Assembly: GCA_045837725.1 (NCBI GenBank)
Contig: JBEWZL010000044.1
Location: forward strand, 434,001 to 466,413
Direction: 5' to 3'
From: Vermamoeba vermiformis
Taxonomy: Eukaryota
DNA: 32,413 nt
Shown: piece after piece, positions 11,136-22,663 of the stretch
How positions within the stretch are numbered: the stretch's first letter is position 1
Layout: each line of letters opens with the position of its first letter
Made by a program: the position numbers and the translations under genes
Notes under the pieces: generated by a model
Database searches by the model: none
Told to the model about the DNA's origin: nothing
Seen by the model: only the letters and a program-made list of their open reading frames with translations

Positions 11136-12484
11136 CTATTTTACATCATTTTTGTTCTCGCTGTCCGCGATCCAATTGTAAGCGCTGCGCACATTCTTGC
11201 CTAAATTGGACAAGATGAAGCTCGCAATCTTCTTCGAAATGGTGGCTGCAAACGGCACCTTGGTGAGGCCATCGACGAGCAAGTAGACCACCAGCGCGGC
11301 TTTTTCTTCGACCAATATCTTGTCGCTCAACAACTTCTCGAGCGTGGCTTGATGTTTGACTGAATCGAGTTCGTAGCTCAACTCTTCGTAGCTGTGTTTC
11401 TTGTCTTTGCCTTCCTTCGGCGTGCTGACCGTGTAGTACAGCGTGCCATAGATGGGAATCCAGAGCGAGTAGACTGACTTGACCGAGTTCTTGTAGTGAA
11501 TGTCATCGTCGTCGTGCTCGTCCTCGTCGTCATCAGTCTTCTTTTTGTTGCCTTGCTTTTTGATGAAGAATGACAGGGCCCAGTCAGCACTCGAGGCTAG
11601 ACCCCAGCCAGAGTCTTGCTCGCCTTTGTCTTGCTTCGCCGTTGCGGCCTTGCTGTTGTCATTGTCACTTGACACGAGCCCTTGATTGGACTCCACGACC
11701 TTTGTACTGCTGTTCTCAGCGGTGTTAATCTGCTCTAGTGGAGCACTCGCCGTCCTTTCCATTTGCATTCTCGTTGCTTGTGTTAGTATCTTTGTCGCCC
11801 TGGTCAACGTCATGCGTTACATTGCTCTGCTGTATAGTCGGGACAGGTTGATTTTCAACGGTATTTTGCTCCTTCTTATCACTGCTGCCCCAAATCCACC
11901 CCGCAGTGCTACTCACAACTGAACTCACTCCACTCGCGACTGAAGTTACTCCACCGACCACGAGGTTGCCGACCATTGTGACAGGTGTCATCAACGTCAG
12001 TAATTGGCCTGTAAGCGCCGGACCAATGCCATCTTTGAACCGAATGAATACTTTCCAGCGCGGAATTGTTCCTGGTAGGATTTGAACGCCGATCTGCAGT
12101 AAGAACAAAGTCAGAAGGATTTTACTTAACCAAGTGAACTCACTCCGAATAAATTACTTTAAATAAATAACTTACCACTAGATTGCCACTGTCTAATGAA
12201 AATCCTTTGTCCTCCTCGTCATCATCGTGAGAAGAATCGGATTTGTTTTTATCCAAATTGCGTCTTGCTGTTTGGAAGCATCTATAGCGAGCATATGTAT
12301 TCTCACGAGCAATTGTATTTTTAAGTAATTCTTTTCTTGATATTAAAGCATTCTGAGCAGTAGTTGATCTGACGGCTGTGAATAGTGAAGCTGATCTAAT
12401 CTGCAAGGAGCTTCTTTGTCGAGCTGCTGCACGCACTCTTCGTAATAAACATCGAGAAAAGGTTGTTGATACGAGGGCGTTCAT
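11136..12484 (-). CDS. Uncharacterised protein with a mitochondrial presequence-like N-terminus; internal frame change near 11730-11820
   Basis: MNALVSTTFSRCLLRRVRAAARQRSS is R/S/A-rich. The intron 12175-12094 joins it to ORF 11725-12108; the C-terminal ORF 11136-11813 is in another frame. Confidence 0.65.
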
Positions 12485-13113
12485 GTTAATTGCAATGGAC
12501 AAATGAAATCAGCGGTTGCGCTTCTGTATTTTACACAGAACAACCACAACAACGCAACTTGTCCAATCAACTCTCATATAGATGCTCCAAAGATGTAAAC
12601 CTAGTTGTGATTTGAAGTAAGATGGGAGGAGAATTAATCTTGATCTAGCTTCTTCCTGAGCAAGTAAGTTGCATAATCACGTGCAAAATAATGTTACCAA
12701 TTTTTTAAGGTTAATTAGTTACTAGAAGCAACGTTGACTTCGGATTAAGAAAAGTTACTGTATTTCGAGTGAGAAATTTTCAATTTGCTTCTTTGGCTAT
12801 CAATACAAACGTTAAATAATAATTACATGCTGCAGAAAATTAATAACTAAAATATCTCAGCCAAAACACGCGAGTTTCATACCGGCCAGCGAAATTCAAC
12901 CGAAAATAACGAACACGTGGGTAGAGAATTCAATAATCGGTAGATTTCCCTCTAATACCTGGCCCTTGTACTGGCGTCATCTTGTCATCGGTTATTTACA
13001 GTGCCTATACATTAGTTGCAATGCAGTTTCAACAATTTTAGCCCACAAGTTCACGCAGCATTTTTATCAATTTTTCAATCTCAACACCACTTCGGCGTTG
13101 ATACTCGACGAGC

Positions 13114-15030
13114 ATGCCACTTAATTCTGCTGCAAATGTGGACGGTAAATAAATAGTAATATTCGGTTGATGAGTACTAATCAATCAATTATGACAATTT
13201 CAGATGCGAACGGAGTTCTTGTGACCGTGCTCGCAGTAACCATAGCCGTTATAATCAGCATATTAATCGCAGTCATGTGCGTGGATGAAGTAAAAAAATC
13301 ACGAAAGAAGAAGAAGCGAGTGCAGTCCACACATTCAATTGAACAACCACGTATTCCGACCCCAGATCCACAACCTGCCAGTGCAGTGCCGCCCAGCACT
13401 TATATTGATATCAATATAGTAGACACTAAACAAGCTATCAATAACACTTCACCTTTACCGTCACCAAGTATAACAAGCATGCAATCCAATTTATCCAGTC
13501 ATTCAGTCGATCCGCAGCCCCTTTCAAACGACATCACGAATGATTTTGCAGGTAAATAGTTCAACTGACCCAATCTCACTATTACTGCTGTCTGGTCCTG
13601 TTTTGATCGCAATCTTTATCATTTCAATCGTTGCAATCAATCCTCTTGTTCTTTTGCGAGAAATAACCAGATATACTTATGTATACTTATGTCCACATAA
13701 TTAACGCGTTAATGTAATTGGTCTAGTGCGCAAATACGTTCCGATCAAGGCACCACCCAAGTTCTTGCGTGCACTCTCCAAGACTAGCTTCTCCACTTCG
13801 TTAGAGACCATGGATCTGTCACCGCGCACTTATCTGAACCGATACTCGCTGTCACTCGGGCCCAAAGCACGCATGAGCATTGATGCCACCGAAATTACGT
13901 ACATTAAACAAATTGGCGGTGGAAATTTCGGCCAGGTCTACCTAGCGGTCAGTTCACATAAAGAATCTTACGGAGATGTTCCGAACCACTTAATAACCCT
14001 TGTATTTTATGCAGAAATGGCAAGCGACTAAAGTTGCCGTGAAGACGACCAAAGAGAACGCATCCAATCAATTTCACAAAGAGCTCAATTTGATGATGTA
14101 CGCGATGAAAGATATTTGTTTTACGTTCACTGCTGACACCGTGTATGACAGGCACTTGACACCACATCCGAACATTGTGCAAGTGTTGGGATTCACTTTG
14201 AGCGAGGCCCATCCGTCTATCGTGATGGAGTACTGTGCTGGTGGCAGCTTGGCGTCGCAAATCAAAGACCCACAAGCTGTATTCCCAATCGCACGCATTG
14301 TACGCATCTTGTTCGGAGTGGCACGAGGCATGCTTCACTTGCACAAATCAAACATTGTTCATCGCGACTTGGCAGCACGCAATGTGTTGTTGACCAAAGA
14401 TGGTGAACCCAAACTCTCTGTACGTTGAATCACCGTCGTGTATTGATGCAAATAACCTTGCTGACCAAGTGTGACTTGATTTAGGACTTTGGTTTCTCTC
14501 GCTTGTTGAAGACGACACGAGGACGATCACGCGACTCAATTGGACCTTTGTTTTGGATGGTAAGCTATAGTACAAGCCTACCTATATGACTTGTATTAAC
14601 GGTACGGTTGCAGTCACCCGAAGCGATCCGCACGGGATTTTTCACCAAGAAACTTGATGTATGGAGCTTTGGCTGTGTCAGTAAGTCCTCACTGCATAGT
14701 TAATCAATTGTCGTACGAATATTAATCAATATCTGGCCATCAGTCTACGAACTGTTAGCGCGTAAAGAGCCATTCGAAGGAGAAGATCTGCTCGCGACTG
14801 GCTTCAGAATTCGCGACGAGAACTTAACACCTTGCACCGACGACTTGAATTGCGAGAGTGAAGTGCTGATGACACTGATGAAACAGTGCTGGAGTGTGGA
14901 TCCTGATGCTCGTCCTGACTTTCAAGTTATTTGTGATGTGCTCGAGAAGGAGCTCAGCGTTTATGAGCCTGAGTCATACAGTCCCGTGCAATCCGTGGCA
15001 TCACTTTATCGAAGCACTCAATTGCCATAG
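13114..15030 (+). CDS. Single-pass membrane tyrosine kinase(-like) with little or no ectodomain
   Basis: TM VLVTVLAVTIAVIISILIAVMCV followed by a basic stop-transfer. IGGGNFGQV, VAVK, HPNIVQ, HRDLAARN, DFG, GPLFWMSPE, DVWSFG, CWSVDPDARP. Start codon tentative. Confidence 0.9.
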
Positions 15031-15731
15031 GGAGCCGATTAGGATAATCAGTTTCAGCGAGATCTGGTAGCGTCGGAGTTATCATGGATTCTCACGCACC
15101 AGTTTACTTACAATGAGTCAATCTTGTAATGTTAGGCAACCAGCTGTGCACGCAGCGTGCACAGAGCGCAAATAAAACATTTTATTAGTGCTATGCATTA
15201 AAAATCGATCAACCGAGTTACAACAACAAGGAACATAATTATTTCGAGCGGATGTAGACTACAATGGCCAAGTTAAGTCTGACTCAGTTAATTTAAATCT
15301 GATCAGAAGATTTTTTTGCTTGACGCTTGTGCTTGTGCTGGTAAGATCAAATTCACAGATTGAGTCTGCAAAAGGTTAATTTACCTTTTTTTATTTCCAT
15401 TTATTTATTTATAATTACGAAATATCGTGGAATTAAGGAATTAATAATTCAGCCGAACAAGCAACGCTCATTGCCGGACAAACGGCATAATTACGACCAT
15501 TCTCGAATATTTAGAATAACCTTATTACATTACGGTTGTATAATAAGGGAGGAAACTTTTGCTTTTCTTAATTAAGAAATTCGAAAGTTAGCTTTCAGCT
15601 GTCATCGTGTTACCGTATTATTTAAATGGCGCAACACCAAGTCAATTTTAGCGCAGTTTTGATAGTGCACGAACACAACTCAGCTATCGCTATCACTGCC
15701 TCCTGTGTTGTATTTCACTGAGACCCGCGAC

Positions 15732-18700
15732 ATGCTGCTAAAGCCAGCCAATACGAATTGGAGACTCTATAGTCTTTTTATTATAGGTAATGTCAAACTA
15801 ATCAAATAATTTACCTCGTTATTATTCTGACTCCTTAATTGGCTGTACGCAGTTATCGGATTGAATTTGTGCAAAGTTTCCGCTGCACACGAAGATGGCA
15901 CGCAGATGCAACAAATAAAGACGGAGGGTAAGTAGAGGCAGAACTCAATTTGATTCGCTTTAAACTATTTGGCTCAAGTCTAAAAGTGCCTGATCAGACA
16001 AGTTGCAACAAAACTTCCTAATATAGATATACGATGTAATACTTATTATTGCAATTATTTAGCGTCTCACGGCAACTGTTGGACTGTATTTAATCGCACA
16101 GAAGTGTTTCAAATCAGTAATAATGCGGTGTTTCGATCTGATCCACGAATCCCTGCAAACGCACGAGGTACGATTACAATCGCACCATTTAAGGAATCAT
16201 ATATACCGTATATTTTATTGCTAATCGACTTTAAGATTTACTCGATTACTTAGCGCTAATTTATCGTCCGTTCAATTACTTAACTAGGCGCGTGTTCGTT
16301 TGGCCCTCAAACTTTGCTGAACTAAGTTATATATTACTTCAATTAATAGTATTATCTGGTGTCAGAATCTAGCGCTGGATGCACCGCGGGTATTTTGACG
16401 TCCACTCGCTTAGCGTTCGCCTTAGCGCAACAGGACGGTATGTAAAACACTACATTAGATATGACCTACTTAATCATCATTATTAATGGTAACTCCGCAG
16501 GCCGCGTGCAGTATCACGTTGGATCGGATAAATATCTTGAGGCGATGAGCGGCCGGCGAATCTTCTTCGAAATGAAACGCAGCGTATTGACATGGCTGGA
16601 AGAGGACTGTGTCGTATCATTCCATGGTAATCATAACTTTGTTGTGTTTCGTGAGTTGTGCACTAACATCCCACACAGCTGCCAGTGGCTTCAGCAAGCA
16701 GAAATTGAGCGGGATTGTCGCTGAAGCAAATGTACGATTAGTGGCCAAGTTGGGGTCATTAGCGCTGTTGGAGCGGCTAGTGGGTCGTTCGATGCAGCTG
16801 ATCGCTCAAGTGGATTCGCGTCCCTTTTACGTGACTGAGTGTGAAGAGGTCAGATGATAGATTTTATACCAAATATACGTAACTAAACTTCGAGCAGTGT
16901 TTTTGGGCGGTCGATGGTGATTTAAAATCGATTTACGCACTGTCGGTTCGTGATCTGGCTGTGCACTCGAAACACAATTTAGACGCGCTGGTTGTAGCAA
17001 TGGTTAGATACGATCGCGAGGCTCAATATGATAATACTTATCACGTCAAGCGTTCTGTTTTGACTTCAGCCCAAGGTACCGAATCTTTCTTTTGACACGT
17101 GTCACAGCCGTGATATGATTTCATCTAACAGCTGTCAATTCACAGAACGCGGAGTAATGCCCGAAGAAGGAAATGCCTCTTTGTGGGTCTGTGTAGTGAT
17201 CACCGTCGGTGTTGTGTCGAGCGTACTACTTATCGCGATGTGCGTGGACAAAGAAAAGATTTCCAGCGCCAAAAAAAAGAAGAGCAAAGTATCCAAATCG
17301 GGTGATTCTCCCGGCAAACAAAGCAGCGGCTCTGATAGCACTATTGTCTCGATGGACTTCAGTTTATCGCGAAAAGATTTGATTTCAAGTCGCGAAGGTA
17401 CTCTCAACGCATTAGAATACTTTTTCGAATTCAGCGTTTGACACGTGTCATCTAGGTGTCGCATCTGATTTCGAACTGAGATCCGCCAGTCCACGCCGCG
17501 TCTATTTCCCAATCGATGCCAGTCAATCGAGCCCATCTACTGCCTCGCCCTCACCGCGCACGATGCCTCAAACTGTGTACAGTCATTTCTTGCCGCCTGG
17601 TGCGCGCTCGAGAATGAACGTGCCATTTGAAGACATTAAGTACGTGCAGGAGATTGGCTGCGGCAATTTTGGAAAAGTCTATTTGGCGGTACGTCGCACC
17701 TACTCGTTACTGCAGCACTTGTTCTAATGCACACCCGTACATAGAAATGGCAAGCGTTAAAAGTGGCTGTGAAAGTTACCGCGGATGACAATGCAGCCAA
17801 GTTCGAAAAGGAATTGAGTCTCATGCTGTAAGTATTTGTGAGTAATCGTTTGAGCCTATGTGTTAACGAGCGATTGCAGACATTTGACGCCACATCCAAA
17901 CGTCGTGCAAATACTTGGCTTCAGTAACGATGGCTTTCATCCGCTGATCATGATGGAGTTTTGTCGTGGGGGTACGCTAACAATGAAGCAATGCTTTTGT
18001 GAAGGGGATTAATTGTTGTGAACAGGCAGCTTAGCTTCGCAGATTAAAGACCCACAAGTTGCATTCCCAATCGCACGCATTGTACGCATCTTGTTCGGAG
18101 TGGCACGAGGCATGCTTCACTTGCACAAATCAAACATTGTTCATCGCGACTTGGCAGCGCGCAATGTGTTGTTGACCAAAGATGGTGAACCCAAACTCTC
18201 TGTACGTTGAATCATCGTCGTGCATTGATGCAAATAACCTTGCTGACCAAGCGTGACTCGATATAGGACTTTGGTTTCTCTCGCTTGTTGAAGAACGCAC
18301 AAGGACGATCACGCACACTGTTAGGACCTCTGTGTTGGATGGTAAGTAGCTGACTCGGATCACGTATATTGAATCGAAACTAAGACTTCATTGCTAGTCC
18401 CCCGAGGCCCTGCAAACAGGTACTTTTAGCACGAAGCTGGATGTTTGGAGCTTTGGATGTTTGAGTAAGTTCGTTAGTATAAGCGCTTCGAATGCATTAC
18501 TAAATTTATCGCCGCAGTTTACGAGCTCATTGCGCGAAAAGAACCACACGAAGGAGAAGATCTGCTAGCAGTCGGACCGAAGATCCGCGACGAGAACTTA
18601 ACACCATCCACCGACGACTTGACCTGTGAGAATGAGGTGCTGATGACACTGATGAAACAGTGCTGGAGTGTGGATCCTGATGCTCGTCCTGACTTTCAAG

Positions 18701-18765
18701 TAATTTGTGATGTGCTCGAGAAAGAGCTCAGTATTTACGAGCCTGACACCATAGTTTTTGTTTAA
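15732..18765 (+). CDS. Receptor tyrosine kinase(-like): signal peptide, multi-exon orphan ectodomain, TM, kinase
   Basis: MLLKPANTNWRLYSLFII|..IGLNLCKVSA signal-like start. Many short exons 15850-17075. TM LWVCVVITVGVVSSVLLIAMCV. IGCGNFGKV, VAVK, HRDLAARN, DFG, GPLCWMSPE, DVWSFG. Confidence 0.87.
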
Positions 18766-19064
18766 TACGCGTTTGTATCATATGTAAATATCTTTGTTGT
18801 ATCGTAGCGTCGGGAAATTAGGCGATCAAGGCACGTGACTTGAAATTTCCTACGATTTACCCCCTTGAACTCAAATACCCTCTGTTATTGGGGTATTATA
18901 TGGCGTGACATAGTTTTTGTTTTGCGAATTAACGAAGAATATTGGTACGCGCTTCTATTAGTTCGAACATTATATCGCGCGACAGACTTTTTTTTAATTT
19001 CCCGTTGAAATAACACGCATGTAGGAGCCACAGTGTTTTTATTTATTCACCACAACACTTACAG

Positions 19065-20970
19065 ATGGCAATGGCATATAACCCCAATTATGATATTTAC
19101 TTAGCGACAAAAGCTGGCGACTTTGAACGCGTCAAATATTTGGTCGAAGTTGAAGATGTAAATATTAATCGCATGGACGATCACAACTCAGTACCTCTAT
19201 TTTACGCGTGCTTGTGTGGTCATACAGGTAATTAACGCTCCATCTGAAAATTTAATTATTTCCGAAAAACTCAGAACCATTATAAAGGGACAGTATAACG
19301 TAATTTTACATAGTTTATTGTCTAAAAATATTATATTAATATTTCTGACGTTAGAACTGGTGCGATACCTTTTGGATCGTGGAGCTCGCTTGGAAGCCGG
19401 AACGTTTGTCGCCGAACGGTGTTTTTATGGCGCATTGAATGATGAAATTACGCATTTGTTGAAAACTTACAAAGGTTCGTTATTTATACGGTCAAAATCC
19501 TGAAACTGACGTCCGGATCCACAGCCAAACCGGAGAGCACCGATCACTTGGCTGAACGATTGCGCGCATTATTGAACGAGGGGTTTGCGAGCGATGCGAC
19601 CTTTGTGGTCGAGAACCGCGAAATTAATGTACATAGGCACGTAGTATTGTACCCAACACGTGCCAAGTCCCTTACTAACTTTTTTGACACAGATTTGTTT
19701 TGACATCACGCTGCGAGTATTTTGTCAAAGAATTCAACGGTCGATGGACAGGTAACAGGATAACTTATTTGACACCTTGTTAGAGTGATGTCTCATCTTC
19801 AAACTGCAGATAAATCGCGTATCCCCCTCGCACACTCATCGATCAAGTACGAGGCCTTTCACGCCCTGATGGAATACATTTACACAGGACAAGTCAACTT
19901 TGACATCGATTTTTACGAGAGCTTTATGGTGCTTTGTAGACAATGTACGTGTCAATCCGATCTGCTGTATTGAAATGTCATGGTGATCTGCTCTTACTTA
20001 TCAAATGACAGGTAAATTACACGCACTGAAAGCGACACTCGAATCAGAGTACAAAATGGCGCAGACTAAGAAACACAGCCGTATTATCATCAAGCCACCC
20101 GTCTATCACGCGACAGGGTCACCACTTTACAGGGACATGCGTCAAGTACGTAACAATATAAATGCCCTACTTGTGTTCTAATACCCCTCAGGCCCTCAAG
20201 TACATCGTGCACGAACAAGCCACGAAGAGCTCGTTGAGTTCCTCGTTGTCAGAACTCAGCCCCTTTCAGACCACATTCACCGACATTTGTCTTCTCGTTC
20301 AAGAAGTCCCCGAAGAAGGCGATGAGAATAGCACTCGTGCATTGAAATCGTCGATCAATTTGCATTGTTTTTACTCGCATCGTGCACTGTTGTACAGCCA
20401 CAGCGAGTATTTCAAAGTGATGTTCACCAGTCAGTTCATTGAGAGCTCGCAAATTGACAAGCAAAAGTACGTCTATGATCAATTACCATTCATGATGCTA
20501 ACCTTAGTTGCAGTCCATATGTCGAGTTAAAGGACATATCGCCGCACATCATGGAGATGGTACTCGAGTTTATGTACACGTATCACGTCGACTACATTCC
20601 CGACGAGTATTTGTTGGACTTGTTGGCCGCAGCGAGTCTCTTCTTGTTGCCGCAGTTGAAAAAGCTATGCGTCAATCAGGTCATTCGCTTGCTCACCGAA
20701 GAGAACGTGTTCACGTACCTCTACGCTGCGGATGTGTTTCAAGCCGGCAAACTGGTAAGTGTTTTGTTATCCTAATTAATTCTTTCTAATATTAACGTCT
20801 TTTAGCGTGATGCCTGCTACGATATTATCGAACCAAATATAGAAAAATTCTACAAGAGCGCAGAACTGGAAGAATTCCTTGTTGAAGGCGACAAAGAGGC
20901 TGTTACTCACTTGAAACACGTGATTGAAGACTATGAAGAGCACTTGGAATGGTCCAAAATGAACTTGTAA
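19065..20970 (+). CDS. ABTB1: Ankyrin repeat and double BTB/POZ protein (ABTB1/Btb3-like)
   Basis: KAGDFERVKYLVE, PLFYACLCGHTELVRYLLDRGAR, ERCFYGALNDEI. BTB1 VHRFVLTSRCEYF...LMEYIYTG. BTB2 SHRALLYSHSEYFKVMF...VLEFMYT. Confidence 0.88.
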
Positions 20971-21110
20971 TAAAGGACGGATCCGAGGGTTGAACAAACG
21001 TTAATTAATTTAGTTTAGAAGTACCAACGCAATTTTTTTTTGTGTGTAACAGAAAAAACTAACTCAAAAAATCTTTATCAAACTGTGTATTTGTAACAAG
21101 AACAACAATA

Positions 21111-22310
21111 ATGGATGACAATTTGGATTCAGAGCCGCCTCGCAAGAAATTCAAACGCGAGCAGGTGCAATCAACTTGTTTAATCAAAGATATTCCGTTG
21201 GATATATTGCGAGAAATATTAGACTGTTATTTGGATACCAAGACGATTTATAATGTATCCATCACCTGTCATTATTTTTACCAACGCAATCTGGTATGGC
21301 CTTCAATCACCAAGCTGAATTCGTCGATAGTTTATATCCCAATCGCTATTCGTAGTGTAGAGGCTCACAAGATCACCGAGCTCAGTTTTTCTATTGATGC
21401 TGCGCATAGCTTAAAAATTTTGTCGCATCTACTGCAATTCACCAATGTCAGAAGGCTCAGTGTCGAGGACATTCCTTGTTACGCAAAGAGATCTGTGTAC
21501 AAGAATGTGTTGCTAAACTTTCCATTGCTGCGAGAACTGAAGACGCCTGCGTATCCAGAGCTCCTTGTCAACCATCCAGGAAGTTACCTCACAAAACTGG
21601 ACGCGGGTAACGACTCCGAGTTCGATGTAAAATACATCGCGCACTTCCACAAACTCGAAGTATTAACCCTGACAAGGTTGGAGCAGTTGATTGGAGCGAA
21701 GTCAATCACGCATCTCAAGTCCTTGACAGCCATTACTCTGCGCACTACCAATATCAGCGATGCAGACTTTGCAGCACTTTGTAGACATACGCAACTAAGA
21801 TACCTCAACATCGAGGAGTTTGGCCACGAGGCACAGCATGCTCACCTCACCAACTTATGCAACTTGACAACGCTGAAGCTTATCCCAACCAAAAAAAGCA
21901 ATTGGCCCGAAATACTAGCTCCATTAACAGCACTACAACACATTTCAATCCGCTACCTCGAAGTCTCCAATTTTTCTCCTCAACTCGGCTCTTCACTTAC
22001 GCACCTCTATCAAGTGCGCTCCTCACACTTTAGTCACGTGCTTCAATTGACATCGCTTCAATGCCTCTATGTAGTGGTCTCCGAATATAACGATGTAACC
22101 GCTGATGGGGGTAGAAGGTTGAGCGAGCTGCAGCAGTTGACCAAGCTCTGTTTGTGGTTTCCAAAAAGAAGAGTCCAAGTTCAAGTCGAGAATCCTTTTT
22201 GGACTGCGCTCACACATTTGTCGTGCTTGCAATTACGCGGCAACTTCATTGAGGAGCTCGTGAACAGAACTAAAAAGCTGATGCCGGAAGTGCAAGTGGA
22301 AACCAGTTGA
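21111..22310 (+). CDS. F-box/leucine-rich repeat protein, intronless
   Basis: 399-aa ORF. NLS-like PPRKKFKR, F-box IKDIPLDILREILDCYL...VSITCHYFY, repeated LxxLxxLxL units. Confidence 0.85.
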   Translation: MDDNLDSEPPRKKFKREQVQSTCLIKDIPLDILREILDCYLDTKTIYNVSITCHYFYQRNLVWPSITKLNSSIVYIPIAIRSVEAHKITELSFSIDAAHSLKILSHLLQFTNVRRLSVEDIPCYAKRSVYKNVLLNFPLLRELKTPAYPELLVNHPGSYLTKLDAGNDSEFDVKYIAHFHKLEVLTLTRLEQLIGAKSITHLKSLTAITLRTTNISDADFAALCRHTQLRYLNIEEFGHEAQHAHLTNLCNLTTLKLIPTKKSNWPEILAPLTALQHISIRYLEVSNFSPQLGSSLTHLYQVRSSHFSHVLQLTSLQCLYVVVSEYNDVTADGGRRLSELQQLTKLCLWFPKRRVQVQVENPFWTALTHLSCLQLRGNFIEELVNRTKKLMPEVQVETS

Positions 22311-22663
22311 TTCATTTTTATTGGTGTGGATTTAATGAAATGCAATTTGCTAAATGGTTTGTTAGCTTACCTTCGTTAATAATTGGTGTACTCGATGGAG
22401 TGTAGATGATGTCTTGCGGAAAAGTTGTAAAGGGTTCAAATTCGCGAGCTCGTTGGCAAAATCCAAGTATCCCAAGCTAACACAAATAGACGAGTTTGTG
22501 GCTTATTGGTACCAAGCACTTCGTCCGAAGTTCGTTGATTTAACAAAGGTTTAAAATCAACATGCCATTTTCATTCTGTTCTTCCTCCGTGCACAACGTC
22601 AGCCATTAATTTAAATTTAGAAACGATTTCTAATTGCAAATTGTAATTTTATACTCCTAGTCT

